Virus record (IMG/VR): IMGVR_UViG_3300033073_001153
Coordinates: 160,001 to 224,000 of that record
Source of the DNA: a virus
Lineage: Duplodnaviria > Caudoviricetes
Direction: 5' to 3' (one strand)
DNA: 64,000 nucleotides
The notes under the pieces are model-generated. The model was not told the origin of the DNA. It ran no database searches and saw only the letters and a program-made list of their open reading frames with translations. The position numbers were made by a program, and so were the translations under genes. Position 1 is the stretch's first letter; each line of letters starts with the position of its first letter. Below, piece after piece: positions 36,722 to 47,491 of the stretch.

Positions 36722-39700
36722 CTAAGCACCTATAATCGAAACAGTATCTCCTAAATTTTTAGACTCGTATATATATCCTAAATTTCCTCCAAATACTCCA
36801 AATATTAGTATTTTTCCATCAGATGACATTGCTACAGAACTCCATCTTCTATTTGTTTCTTTAGCTGTCCATGTATTACCAGAATCTGTTGAAATATATA
36901 TTTGTCCATATTCTACAACTGCTGCTTGTATTGTCCCATCAGATGACATTGCTACAGAATTCCATCTTCTATTTGTTTCTTTAGCTGTCCATGTATTTCC
37001 AGAATCAGTAGAAATATATATTTGTCCTCCATCTACAACTGCTGTCTGTTTGGTTCCATCTGATGACATTGCTACAGAACTCCAATTTCTTTCTGTTTCT
37101 TTAGCTGTCCATGTATTTCCAGAATAAATCTCTATTCGGTTACCTGTAATTGCTGTTCGTATTTTTCCATCAGATGAAATTGCTAATTTTTCAACGGGTT
37201 TTTTAAGTGAAGTTATCAGATCACTTGTCCAAGTATTTCCAGAATCTGTAGAACTATATACTTCTCCATTCGATATACCTATCATTATTATTTTTCCATC
37301 AGATGACATTACTACTTGATACAAACTTGTAATTACATCTCCTAGTTTTTTAGGTGTCCAACTATTTCCCGAATCTTTAGAAATATATAAATTATCATCA
37401 TTTAAAGCAACTGCTGCTTGTATTTTTCCATCAGATGACATTGCTAAGTAACGCCATGTTCTTTTTGATTCTTTAGGTGTCCAAGTATATCCAGAATCAG
37501 AAGAAATATATATTTGTCCATCCGAAACAACTGCTGTTTGTTTGGTTGCATCAGATGACATTGCTACAGAAACCCATGATTTTGGTTTAATAAATAACTC
37601 AAATATAGATTCTTTAACTTTCCAAGTCTCTCCAAAATCAGAAGAAACATAGATTTGTCCACCATCTACAACTGCTGCTTGTATTTTTCCATCAGATGAC
37701 ATTGCTACGGATTTCCAATTTCTTTTTGTTTCTTTAGGTGTCCATGTGTTACCAGAATCTATAGAAATGTATATTTTGTCACTGTTAGCAACTGCGGTTT
37801 GTTTGGTTCCATCAGATGACATTGCTACAGAATACCATGCTCTTTTTGATTCTTTAGGTGTCCAAGTATTTCCAGAATCAGTAGAAATATATATTTGTTC
37901 ATTAACAGCAACTGCTGTCTGTTTGGTTCCATCAGATGACATTGCTACAGAACGCCAACTTCTATTTGATTCTTTAGGTGTCCAAGTATTTCCAGAATCA
38001 GTAGAAACATATATTTGTCCGAAATTGTTAGTAGTAACTGTTGGTCCTGCAACTGCTGTTTGTATTTTTCCATCAGATGATATTGCTATACTATTCCAGT
38101 ATCTGTCTGATTCTTTAGAAATCCAAGTATCTCCAGAATCAGTAGAAATATAAATTTGACCAAGGTTAGAAACTGCGGTTTGTTTGGTTCCATCAGGTGA
38201 TATTGCTACTGAATAAGATTGTGTACCTAATAATTTAGGTGTCCAATTATTTCCATAATCTGTAGAAATAAATATAAAATCATCAGGTCCAACTGCTGTT
38301 TGTATTTTTCCATCAGATGACATTGATACGGACCTCCAAGTTCTAATTGTTTCTTTAGCTATCCATGTATCTCCAGAATCAGTGGAAATATATATATATC
38401 CATTTCTTGCAACTGCTGTTTGTATGGTTCCGTCAGATGACATTGCTATATCACTCCATTGTCTATCTTTTATTACTATCTTCATAGTATTCGGATTAAT
38501 TTTTGGATTAATAATTGTTAAAACTTCTTTCAAATTGACTGTATCACTATCAACACTCCCATAAGAATTACTAACTACACAATTGTAATTATCAAAATCA
38601 GTATTTGTTACTGAATTTATTGTATAAGTGCTATTTGTTGCTCCAAGGATAGGAGATCCGTCTTTGTTCCACTGATAACTTAATGGTGTGCTACCACCAG
38701 CAACTACACTAAATGTAACATTAGATCCTGTACTTACTGTTTGCGAAACTGGTTGAGTCACTATTGTAGGTAATATACCCACTATTAAATCAACTGAATT
38801 ACTTGTTACGCTACCTATTAAATTACTTACAACACAATCTATACCATTTACATCTTTAGTTGGATTACTTATTGTGTATTTTCTGTTAGTTTCGCCCGCA
38901 ACATTCACACCATTTATTCTCCATTGATAATTTAATGGTGTACTTCCAGTTGCATCTACTTCAAAAGTAACTTGCACCAATGCGGTCGTTACTTGTGATT
39001 TGGGTTGAAGCGTAATTGTAGGTACTACTAAAGTAGTAACTTCCCAATCAGTAAATTCACTCAATTCACTTAATACAAAAGTGCTATCTTCTGCTAAGAT
39101 AGAATTACTATCACCTATACTTAATACAGCATTTTTACTAGTTATACTTTCTGAAAATGTATTTGCTACACAATAATAAGTAGCAATATCACTTAATTGT
39201 GAAACAAATATTAATGAAGTTTGATCATCTGTAACAGAAATAGGAGTTCCATCTTTTCTTCTCCATTTATATGATATAATACCAGTACCTCCGTAAGCAC
39301 TAGCAGTAAAAGTAACAGTTTCTCCTAAATTTACAGAAATATCGGAAGGTTCTATATACCATGTTAATTTAGTAGGAACTACTATAGGAGGAACTACCGT
39401 AGCACATGCAGATAAAACTCTAATTTTATCAGTAATGGTATTTATTTCATTTTGAAGTTTGGCACAACATCCCGCATCAGCAATTAATATCAATTCACAT
39501 GATAATGGAGTACATTTTGTAATATATGTTTTTGCAGTAGATTTATCATAAACAATATCACCATGTACAGCTTCTGGTGGAACAATTGGGGGTTCTCCTA
39601 AAAAATTTTTGACGTAATTTCTGTTTGAAACTAAAATTCCACCTTGTGTGTTTCCATTTCCAATATATAGCCGTTGTTTGTCAATAGAATATACAAGTTC

Positions 39701-39781
39701 GCCTTCTTCAAAGGTTACTAATTTCCTTTGAATATCTGTTCCTCTTCGAACTTTTATTTTTCCTATTCTACGATCAATCAT
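36722..39781 (-). CDS. Mtd_N-like + 3 Ig domains + 14 BNR/Asp-box repeats (two beta-propellers), adhesin-like virion protein
   Basis: KIKVRRGT...EEGEL; YQW...YxCVVSN Ig motifs; SVAMSSDG...SxDSGxTW repeats. Confidence 0.85.
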   Translation of the reverse strand: MIDRRIGKIKVRRGTDIQRKLVTFEEGELVYSIDKQRLYIGNGNTQGGILVSNRNYVKNFLGEPPIVPPEAVHGDIVYDKSTAKTYITKCTPLSCELILIADAGCCAKLQNEINTITDKIRVLSACATVVPPIVVPTKLTWYIEPSDISVNLGETVTFTASAYGGTGIISYKWRRKDGTPISVTDDQTSLIFVSQLSDIATYYCVANTFSESITSKNAVLSIGDSNSILAEDSTFVLSELSEFTDWEVTTLVVPTITLQPKSQVTTALVQVTFEVDATGSTPLNYQWRINGVNVAGETNRKYTISNPTKDVNGIDCVVSNLIGSVTSNSVDLIVGILPTIVTQPVSQTVSTGSNVTFSVVAGGSTPLSYQWNKDGSPILGATNSTYTINSVTNTDFDNYNCVVSNSYGSVDSDTVNLKEVLTIINPKINPNTMKIVIKDRQWSDIAMSSDGTIQTAVARNGYIYISTDSGDTWIAKETIRTWRSVSMSSDGKIQTAVGPDDFIFISTDYGNNWTPKLLGTQSYSVAISPDGTKQTAVSNLGQIYISTDSGDTWISKESDRYWNSIAISSDGKIQTAVAGPTVTTNNFGQIYVSTDSGNTWTPKESNRSWRSVAMSSDGTKQTAVAVNEQIYISTDSGNTWTPKESKRAWYSVAMSSDGTKQTAVANSDKIYISIDSGNTWTPKETKRNWKSVAMSSDGKIQAAVVDGGQIYVSSDFGETWKVKESIFELFIKPKSWVSVAMSSDATKQTAVVSDGQIYISSDSGYTWTPKESKRTWRYLAMSSDGKIQAAVALNDDNLYISKDSGNSWTPKKLGDVITSLYQVVMSSDGKIIMIGISNGEVYSSTDSGNTWTSDLITSLKKPVEKLAISSDGKIRTAITGNRIEIYSGNTWTAKETERNWSSVAMSSDGTKQTAVVDGGQIYISTDSGNTWTAKETNRRWNSVAMSSDGTIQAAVVEYGQIYISTDSGNTWTAKETNRRWSSVAMSSDGKILIFGVFGGNLGYIYESKNLGDTVSIIGA
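36740..38460 (-). repeat. ~117-bp BNR repeats, 14 copies
   Basis: recurring ccatcagatgacattgcta / ccagaatc blocks. Confidence 0.9.
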
Positions 39782-39782
39782 T

Positions 39783-40793
39783 TTAGTTTATTTTTAAATT
39801 TACGCTATCACTTATAACATCTCCTGCTGGATTACTGACTTTACATGTTATGCTATTTATATCTACTGTTGCGTTTGTTTTCGTATAACTAGAATTTGTT
39901 TCACCTGATATATTTAGACCAGCAATTCTCCATTGATATGTTATAGGAGGAGTTCCAATTGCTTGTATACTAAACGTAGCATCATTTCCAGAATTTATAC
40001 TAATTGAAACTGGTTGTTTTGTTATTATAGGAGCTGTTAAATTATATACCCATTCAATAAATTCATCTAATTCGGATAACACATATGTGCCATCTTCTTG
40101 TAATATAAAATTGCTTCCAATATCTAAAACTGCGTCTCTACTAGTAATCGAATCTATAGTATTACTAGCTACACAATAATAAGTAGCAATATCAGATATT
40201 GCTAAATTTGTTATTGTTATATCTTTTTGATATATATTTGGAGTATTAATTGTTGATCCGTCTTTTCTTCTCCACTCGTATGTTATACTACCAGAGCCGA
40301 TAGCACTTGAACTGAATGTAATTGTATCATTTAAATTTACGGAAACATCAGTTGGTTGAATTGCCCAAGTTAACTTAGAAGGTGGTGTTGGAGGTGTTGG
40401 AGGTTTATCATCCAAACAAGCAGTCATTGTTGATAATTTTGTATATAAATTTTTTATTTGATTTTTTAATAAAATACAACAATTACCATCTCCAATTAAT
40501 AAGAGTTCGTGTTCCGTACCATTCCAATTAGTAATATATGTTCTTAAATTTGATTTATCATAAACAATATCTCCTGCTAATACTTCATTTGGAACGATTG
40601 GAGGAATTCCTAATCCTTCTGCTATGTAATTTCTATTAGAAACAGGAACACCTCCTAACGTAACATCATCACCTACGAAAATTCTTTTTTTATCAACAGA
40701 ATAAATAACTTCACCTTCTTCAAAGACATTTGTTATTCTTTGAGAATCGGTTCCTCTGCGAACCTTTATTTTACCTATTCGTTGATCAATCAT
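39783..40793 (-). CDS. Mtd_N-like + 2 Ig domains; paralogue of the N-terminal third of 36722-39781
   Basis: colinear; shares an identical 27-bp block (39165-39191 = 40168-40194). Confidence 0.85.
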   Translation of the reverse strand: MIDQRIGKIKVRRGTDSQRITNVFEEGEVIYSVDKKRIFVGDDVTLGGVPVSNRNYIAEGLGIPPIVPNEVLAGDIVYDKSNLRTYITNWNGTEHELLLIGDGNCCILLKNQIKNLYTKLSTMTACLDDKPPTPPTPPSKLTWAIQPTDVSVNLNDTITFSSSAIGSGSITYEWRRKDGSTINTPNIYQKDITITNLAISDIATYYCVASNTIDSITSRDAVLDIGSNFILQEDGTYVLSELDEFIEWVYNLTAPIITKQPVSISINSGNDATFSIQAIGTPPITYQWRIAGLNISGETNSSYTKTNATVDINSITCKVSNPAGDVISDSVNLKIN

Positions 40794-40798
40794 AAATA

Positions 40799-41203
40799 TT
40801 ATAAATTAGCAATAGGCCAAAAATTTTTAATACCACTCAAAGTATTAGGCAATTCCATTTTTGTGATGTCTCTCAAAAATTGTTTTTTAAAAGCAATTTC
40901 TTTCTGTAGATTTATATCTTCTTTTTCTATTGCTATAATGAATTCTTTGTCAAGTTTTTCGAGGAGTGGTTTTCTAGCTGATCTTAATCTATTGTAATGA
41001 ATTTGTTTTGCTTTTTCTATGTTAATTTTAGCACCAATATTTTTATCAAATTCATATGCATCAAAAAATTTATCATCAAAATCAAAAGATTCTACAATTT
41101 TATATTCTACGTCTTTGGGAATGTCTTTTATTGAATCATTTACATTTCCACAAGGAGTAAGTACAGCCAATTTATTATTCAATTGAGGATATAATATAAT
41201 CAT
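40799..41203 (-). CDS. tail fibre assembly chaperone-like protein
   Basis: KAKQIH...R...L..LD...KQFLRDIT...WP pattern; follows a collar fibre. Confidence 0.7.
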   Translation of the reverse strand: MIILYPQLNNKLAVLTPCGNVNDSIKDIPKDVEYKIVESFDFDDKFFDAYEFDKNIGAKINIEKAKQIHYNRLRSARKPLLEKLDKEFIIAIEKEDINLQKEIAFKKQFLRDITKMELPNTLSGIKNFWPIANL

Positions 41204-41205
41204 AA

Positions 41206-42534
41206 TTAATTACCAAATACAATTACCGAAACATAATCTGTGTCTGTATTATTATCAACTTCACCTACCATAATATGAAGTTGTGTAGTTGAATGTGGTG
41301 GATGTGTTACAGTTGATCTTCTAGATACGCTTGGTGTATGTTCATTACTTACTCCTTTAGCACTTCCAGCAAAAGCATAATTTTCATCTGTCATAGCATT
41401 TTGAAAATTAATAGTATAACAAGCAGTTTCAGTCTTAGTCACAGATGATACATTATACGATGAATATATTGTTAAACTACCAGTACCAGTACGTATTCCA
41501 TTAAAACACACCCATGCTTTAGCACTAGTAATATTAGCGGGCACACCACTAGGTAAACCACTTGCAACCCAAGTATTAGTAGATCCATCGTATGTTAATA
41601 CTTTACCACCTGTTGGACTCGGTGGTTTTTCTATAAAATTTAAAGTATTTACAGTTCCAGTAATTGTTTTTAATGCTTTAATACATGGTAATAATGCTAC
41701 GTTACGAGGACGGGTTATGCCAGTAAATGCACCCGAATTTGAATAATCTCCTTTCAAATCGCTGTTGCCGCCACTTCCACTACCATTACGAATTCTAACT
41801 CCATTGTAGTCCAATATACTATAATCATCAGCACCCACTATTACTTGGGTTTGTTCTCCTAAAATATTATCAGGCGTGGTAATAGACCAAGTGTTATCTC
41901 TTTCTTGATCCCATACTGTTATCGTTCCTTTTTGATTACTTCCGAATATGCGATCACTATCCACTCCTCTTCCATGATCCCATCCACGAATAAATTCACC
42001 TCGTAAATCCGGTAATCTAAATTTACCTGCTACTTCTCCGCCTGTATTGTATTTTGTTCCTATAACATAATACAAATCAGTATAATCAGATATATCTACT
42101 ACTCCACCGCTACATTCCAAATAACTAGTAGGAACAGCAGAAGCAGCAAACCAAGTTATTGTTCCTATTGGAGTAGTATCTTCCCCATAACCGGGTTCCC
42201 ATGTTTTTGTAGATCCATTATAAGTTAATATTTCTCCTCCAGTTGCACCTCCATCATCTAATTTATCTAATCCTACTGAACTAACAGTTACTAAAATAGT
42301 ACCAGAACTAGTAATAGGACTACCAAATACTCCAATAGATCCATCATTAGAAGATACCGAAACACTAGTTACCGATCCAGTACCCCCTCCAGAATTTTTT
42401 ACATAATTTCTTATTTGATCTAATGTAGCTTTATATGTATTACGTCCACCCAAACCAATATCTTGTGAAATTGCTAATTCGTCAGTTCCTTGTGGAGTTA
42501 CAACTTGTGGTAAAGCTGTGATTTTTGTTCCCAT
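41206..42534 (-). CDS. tail collar domain fibre protein
   Basis: PIGTITWFA...FRLPDLRGEFIRGWD...TRPRNVALLPCIK; C-terminal AKAWVCFNG domain. Confidence 0.85.
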   Translation of the reverse strand: MGTKITALPQVVTPQGTDELAISQDIGLGGRNTYKATLDQIRNYVKNSGGGTGSVTSVSVSSNDGSIGVFGSPITSSGTILVTVSSVGLDKLDDGGATGGEILTYNGSTKTWEPGYGEDTTPIGTITWFAASAVPTSYLECSGGVVDISDYTDLYYVIGTKYNTGGEVAGKFRLPDLRGEFIRGWDHGRGVDSDRIFGSNQKGTITVWDQERDNTWSITTPDNILGEQTQVIVGADDYSILDYNGVRIRNGSGSGGNSDLKGDYSNSGAFTGITRPRNVALLPCIKALKTITGTVNTLNFIEKPPSPTGGKVLTYDGSTNTWVASGLPSGVPANITSAKAWVCFNGIRTGTGSLTIYSSYNVSSVTKTETACYTINFQNAMTDENYAFAGSAKGVSNEHTPSVSRRSTVTHPPHSTTQLHIMVGEVDNNTDTDYVSVIVFGN

Positions 42535-42547
42535 AGGATTATTTAGT

Positions 42548-43012
42548 TTATTTAACTCTGATTGTATCAGTGTTATCCATTAAAATATTATCACTAAATA
42601 CCGGAACATTATCTAGATCAGTAGCCAAGAAATTGTCTGGATTGCAACATTCTGATGATATTCTTTGTAGTAAAGTATTAATAATATCTATATGTTTTTT
42701 AATATCAGAACAACAGTCACTAAGTGATGATATTATTTTTATAGAATCACCATTAAGATCTACTATATATGTAGTTTTATCTATTTCATTAAAATATAAA
42801 TCTTCAGATTCTGCTCCAATTGGTTTAATATCATTTAATGTAAAATAATTTTTATTGGATATTTTGATTCCACCAACTGTAGTATCATCACCTACATATA
42901 CACGTTCGGTATCTTTCAGAAATACAAGTTCACCTTCTTCGAAAAGTGTTACTTTTCGCTGATTATCATTTCCTCTACGGATTTTTAACTTTCTTAGGCG
43001 TTTTTCTTGCAT
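42548..43012 (-). CDS. short Mtd_N-like protein
   Basis: KLKIRRG...FEEGELVF; CC plus coiled coil as in 36722 and 39783. Confidence 0.8.
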   Translation of the reverse strand: MQEKRLRKLKIRRGNDNQRKVTLFEEGELVFLKDTERVYVGDDTTVGGIKISNKNYFTLNDIKPIGAESEDLYFNEIDKTTYIVDLNGDSIKIISSLSDCCSDIKKHIDIINTLLQRISSECCNPDNFLATDLDNVPVFSDNILMDNTDTIRVK

Positions 43013-43015
43013 AAA

Positions 43016-44089
43016 TTACCACTTGATGCAATATAATGCTACTATATTTTTGGGTCGGGTTTCAGCTCCTCCTGTATATCCAGTAAATGCTACATCTCCT
43101 CCATCTTCAAGAACATCTCCACTAAAATTTCCAGATGGCTCATTTCCACCTTGTTCAAATACTCCACCATGTCTGTGATTTTCAAATTCATCTTCCTGAA
43201 CTGTTCCGTCTAATGGTCTTTCACCATCTGGATCTAAAAATGTATGAGTGGCTTCATCATTTCGTTTATAATCAACACCACGAACAAATAATCCGCGATA
43301 ATCAGGAACTTGGAACATATTACCAGTTTTTAAAACTGAATAATTATAACGAATTACAGAAAAAAGTTCTGGTAAAGAACGTTTGTCATGCAATTTCCCA
43401 TCACATGGAATCCATCCATTCGGAATTCCCATATAAGGAAACATACAAATCATACCAACCGGAAGAACATTACGATTTGGATCTCCATAGGTTTCTGGTT
43501 GTCCGGGTGGTGGTGTAGTTCCGGGTGGTGGATCTGTTTTTATATTAGTAACCCGAAGTGATTTGATATTAACTTCGCCTGTAGCACGATTTATCCATAA
43601 TGGTGAATTTAAATCAGTATCATTGTAACTGTTTTTAATGTAAAAATTACTAGTTGTATCGTTTTTAACAATTATAGAAAAAAGATTTTTTTCAGAAACT
43701 GTTGGATTGCCAAATATTAATTCATAATCAGAAGAAGTTTCTCTAATTCTCAATTTTCCAACTTCTGCTGTACTAAGTGCTCTAACAGAAACAGAAGATC
43801 CAGAAGAAAGAATATTAACATCATTTATATTTCCACCACTTAATAAAGTTATATCTCCTTGAATAGTCACATTATTTCCTGCTGATAAATTACCAGAACA
43901 TGATAATGGACCACTTACATCCATTCCTATAGTATCTCCACCTAAAATCAATGCAGAAGCAGTACCGTTACCATCATAAACTACTTGTTTTGCTAAAGAA
44001 GGTTCAATACTTTTAGGAAAATGCAACAATCCTCTGAATGTTGTCGATACTCGTTTTCCTGTTAAATTATTTGCTGTTTCTTCTGCCAT
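43016..44089 (-). CDS. tail collar domain protein (short-fibre-like)
   Basis: PVGMICMF...GWIPCDG...PDYRGLFVRG...ETRPKNIVALYCIK. Confidence 0.85.
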   Translation of the reverse strand: MAEETANNLTGKRVSTTFRGLLHFPKSIEPSLAKQVVYDGNGTASALILGGDTIGMDVSGPLSCSGNLSAGNNVTIQGDITLLSGGNINDVNILSSGSSVSVRALSTAEVGKLRIRETSSDYELIFGNPTVSEKNLFSIIVKNDTTSNFYIKNSYNDTDLNSPLWINRATGEVNIKSLRVTNIKTDPPPGTTPPPGQPETYGDPNRNVLPVGMICMFPYMGIPNGWIPCDGKLHDKRSLPELFSVIRYNYSVLKTGNMFQVPDYRGLFVRGVDYKRNDEATHTFLDPDGERPLDGTVQEDEFENHRHGGVFEQGGNEPSGNFSGDVLEDGGDVAFTGYTGGAETRPKNIVALYCIKW

Positions 44090-44107
44090 AAAATTATTTA
44101 GTTAAGG

Positions 44108-46033
44108 TTATTCAATTGGGTAGATGTTAGTTCCATTTTGTAAATCTACCCAAGTTTTTAAATTCTTTAATCTAACCTGTGTTAAATTTAATAAATTTAT
44201 TTGAAATTGATATAATTTATTAAATATCCTATTTATAACATTTGGCTGAACAAATTCGTTGTCATTTATAAATGAATTATATTCAATATCTATGTTTAAT
44301 GTGTTTATTTCTTCGTCTGTTAAGTATATATAATCTTTATATTTCAAATCTCCGTACTTATCAAACTCAGCATAAAATCTACCTTTTAAATTATTTTTAA
44401 ATTGTAATATATTTTGATAAAGTTTATATAATTCTTTGTTTAATACCAAAGCTTGATTATATTCAATATTTTCAAATTTAATAGATTTATAGTTATAATA
44501 AGGAAGATTATCATTTTTTAATAAAGACAAATAATCAGTTCGTTCATTAAGATGAGAAATATAAGTATTTCCCATAAAATATAAATCGTCTTTATTTTTA
44601 TCACTTGCTGCGATATAAATATCGTTTGTCGTTAAATTGATTGTAAAATATTCAGAATAATTCCATTTTTCATAATCTCTTAATTTATCCCATTCTAGAT
44701 CTATTAAATTCCATATAAATATATCATCTGGATAAAATTTATCTCTGTTAAAAACTGCAAAAGTTTGATCGGGTTTTGTGAAAAATTTCTTGAATACCGA
44801 ATTATTTGTAATTACATAAAATACATTTGAATCTTGTTCAGATATAGCCATTCTATTAAATTGTGCATCTGTATCTTTAAATATAACATCTGTAAATACG
44901 TATGTTTTAATTAAATGATAATCTTCGAATTCAAATAGTCCATATTGTGGATCGTTTTCATCATATGAATCTTTAAATAAAGCATAAACATGATTATTCA
45001 TTTTTCTATAACGAATGTCTAATATAGAATATTTTCTAGTTTTTGGTACTTTTACAATTCTTTTAGAAACAAAATTATTATCATATATTTTTATTACATT
45101 ATTTCCAGAATCATAAACCCAAACTTCCCCATTATTTGCACCTAATACTGTACAATTTTTAAATTTATTAACTCTATCAACAGAACCAGTTCCTCCAATC
45201 GGTTCTATTAAATATTTTTTGTTTTCAAAAACTTGATCATTTGTTATATATCCAGTTATATCATATTTAAAAACTTGACCTCCGCCATTTATTTTAGAAT
45301 CACTTACAAATATAAATTTACCATCATATTTGATGTCTTCTAAATTTTTACAAGTTTCATTCGAATAATTATCAATAACATTTGTATAAAAAGTAAATGC
45401 TGCTCCTGATAACTGCCCATCTTCTGAAATAGTACTAGTCAATCCTATAAAATAAGTATCACTAATTCCGAATATTCCTATTCCTTCTTTATTTTCAAAA
45501 GGAATAACAACAAATCTTTTCATTACATCAAATTCTTTATAAGCAGATAATAAGGGATTATCTCCTAATGGCCCAAATCCAAATATTCTATTATTAGCTA
45601 CTTGTTTTGCTTTTGTTTCCCAATTAAAACTAGAAGTTCCAATTAAATTGCATAATGTATTCACATTATTATCAACTGGAACATCTGTACTTCCCATATA
45701 AAGTTGACTATACAAATATATTAAGTTATCGTGAAAATATTCTATTTTTTTGTTTAAAGTAGAAAAACTAACAATTTCACTAGGTTGTATTGAAATGTCA
45801 TCAAAAGAATACGGAAGTTTTAATACATCAAAAATGTTCCTATCTTTAAAATTATTAGATCTATAATAATCTGCGGAATATTCGGAAACTGAATTTAATA
45901 TTTGTGAACTTTCTGAAAAATAACGATCAGTATATACTTCTCCCTTATCATTTACATTAAAATAACCAACATATTGGGTTCCATCAACTTTTGTGAATTC
46001 TCCACCAGATGTATAATTAAATTTAGTTTGCAT
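44108..46033 (-). CDS. baseplate-associated beta-propeller protein
   Basis: NHL-like VSDS / VYDSGNNVIKIYD repeats; located in the baseplate operon. Confidence 0.6.
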   Translation of the reverse strand: MQTKFNYTSGGEFTKVDGTQYVGYFNVNDKGEVYTDRYFSESSQILNSVSEYSADYYRSNNFKDRNIFDVLKLPYSFDDISIQPSEIVSFSTLNKKIEYFHDNLIYLYSQLYMGSTDVPVDNNVNTLCNLIGTSSFNWETKAKQVANNRIFGFGPLGDNPLLSAYKEFDVMKRFVVIPFENKEGIGIFGISDTYFIGLTSTISEDGQLSGAAFTFYTNVIDNYSNETCKNLEDIKYDGKFIFVSDSKINGGGQVFKYDITGYITNDQVFENKKYLIEPIGGTGSVDRVNKFKNCTVLGANNGEVWVYDSGNNVIKIYDNNFVSKRIVKVPKTRKYSILDIRYRKMNNHVYALFKDSYDENDPQYGLFEFEDYHLIKTYVFTDVIFKDTDAQFNRMAISEQDSNVFYVITNNSVFKKFFTKPDQTFAVFNRDKFYPDDIFIWNLIDLEWDKLRDYEKWNYSEYFTINLTTNDIYIAASDKNKDDLYFMGNTYISHLNERTDYLSLLKNDNLPYYNYKSIKFENIEYNQALVLNKELYKLYQNILQFKNNLKGRFYAEFDKYGDLKYKDYIYLTDEEINTLNIDIEYNSFINDNEFVQPNVINRIFNKLYQFQINLLNLTQVRLKNLKTWVDLQNGTNIYPIE

Positions 46034-47455
46034 TTAGCGAAATTCTATGTTGTTTATTGTTGTTGTAATTGGTAAAACTTTCTTCAATTTTTCAAAAATT
46101 ATATCTTTTAATCTATTTTGAAGAACAGAATTTGTTATTTGTGAATTTTTAATAATTAAATTAATTTTGTTACTCTTATTTCCAGTAGTATCTAACTTAA
46201 ATTGTCTTTCAATTCCATCTAATTCATTTCTTTGATCACATGGTAAAGATACTACTAAATCTTGAATATCGATTCCATTTAACATTTCAAATTCAATTTG
46301 ATTATTAGTTAATGCTTTATTGAATATTTTAAATCTTTTTAAAGTAGCATTATTTATATAATAGTAATTTGATTGATTTAAATAATTAGATAATGAAATA
46401 TTATTATTAAAATAAGTTCTACCAACATTCATACTATCTGTAAAAATATCTTGGAAAATATATCTTCCTTTTTGTATATTTACGGTTTGTATTTCTTTTC
46501 CATCAAGGAAAACCGAAACTTTTCCGTTTATTCCATCCATTCTAAATGCAAAATGATGTTTTTCAGAAGTAAACAAATACGTACTTATAGGTATTTCTAT
46601 TCTAGTAATATCTTTGTTATTGAAAACATTTTGTAAAACAATTTTAAATGTCAATTGATTTTTGGATTTGTAAGTATTTTTTAAATATTCGTAATTTGTT
46701 AAATTATAATTAATTCTTCTACTATCACCATAACTATAATATTCGCCTGTTAGTGGAAGAAATGCGGCTTCGTAAATACTTTTACTTGATTCGTCTATTT
46801 TTCCTAAAAACATTTGTGATGCCGCCAAAAGATTTTTCCCCGTTTCGTTTTTTATTTTGCCTAAAACTATCGGATAACTAGAAAGACCCGAATTTGTATA
46901 TTCACGAACATAATCAATTTTAAGCAATTCTATTTCATCATTTGGCATAACTGATAAAGAATTGAATATACTACTAACTGCTGGTATTACTGAAATTGTA
47001 TAACTCTTAATACGATCTTTGGAAAATTTAGATATTTTATTTTTATTATGAATTACATAATAATTATAATCTTCATCTATCATAAAATCACGTATTTCTG
47101 ATGAAGATGACAAATGTACTACATATGCAACTTTATTATATGATTCTTGTACTAATTTATTATTGTCTTTTATATAAAGAACGGTGTCGTCAATAAATGG
47201 CTTTGCATCATATCCAGCAAATCCATATAATACGTTATCGTACTTTAATATCGAATAAATATCATAAGGATAATACATTTTTAAATTGTAAGTATTTTCT
47301 GTTATTGTGTTATATACAACAATACTACCTTTTACATCTTTCAATATACATATATTTTTTTTATCATATGTAATTGATACATATGTTTCATTTGAATTTC
47401 CTAATGAATCGTATAGTGTAGAACTTGATTTAAATTTAGTAATTAATGGCTTCAT
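46034..47455 (-). CDS. baseplate-associated protein with LamG C-terminal half
   Basis: HHFAF...VFLDG...FKIFNKALT. Confidence 0.6.
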   Translation of the reverse strand: MKPLITKFKSSSTLYDSLGNSNETYVSITYDKKNICILKDVKGSIVVYNTITENTYNLKMYYPYDIYSILKYDNVLYGFAGYDAKPFIDDTVLYIKDNNKLVQESYNKVAYVVHLSSSSEIRDFMIDEDYNYYVIHNKNKISKFSKDRIKSYTISVIPAVSSIFNSLSVMPNDEIELLKIDYVREYTNSGLSSYPIVLGKIKNETGKNLLAASQMFLGKIDESSKSIYEAAFLPLTGEYYSYGDSRRINYNLTNYEYLKNTYKSKNQLTFKIVLQNVFNNKDITRIEIPISTYLFTSEKHHFAFRMDGINGKVSVFLDGKEIQTVNIQKGRYIFQDIFTDSMNVGRTYFNNNISLSNYLNQSNYYYINNATLKRFKIFNKALTNNQIEFEMLNGIDIQDLVVSLPCDQRNELDGIERQFKLDTTGNKSNKINLIIKNSQITNSVLQNRLKDIIFEKLKKVLPITTTINNIEFR

Positions 47456-47491
47456 TTCGCAAAATATTTTTATATAATTATATTAAATTAA

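Noticed and set aside
11303-43012. Diversity-generating retroelement suggested by Mtd_N-like domains
   Set aside because: No reverse transcriptase in the window, and no TR/VR pair with adenine-specific mismatches seen; repeat differences involve all bases
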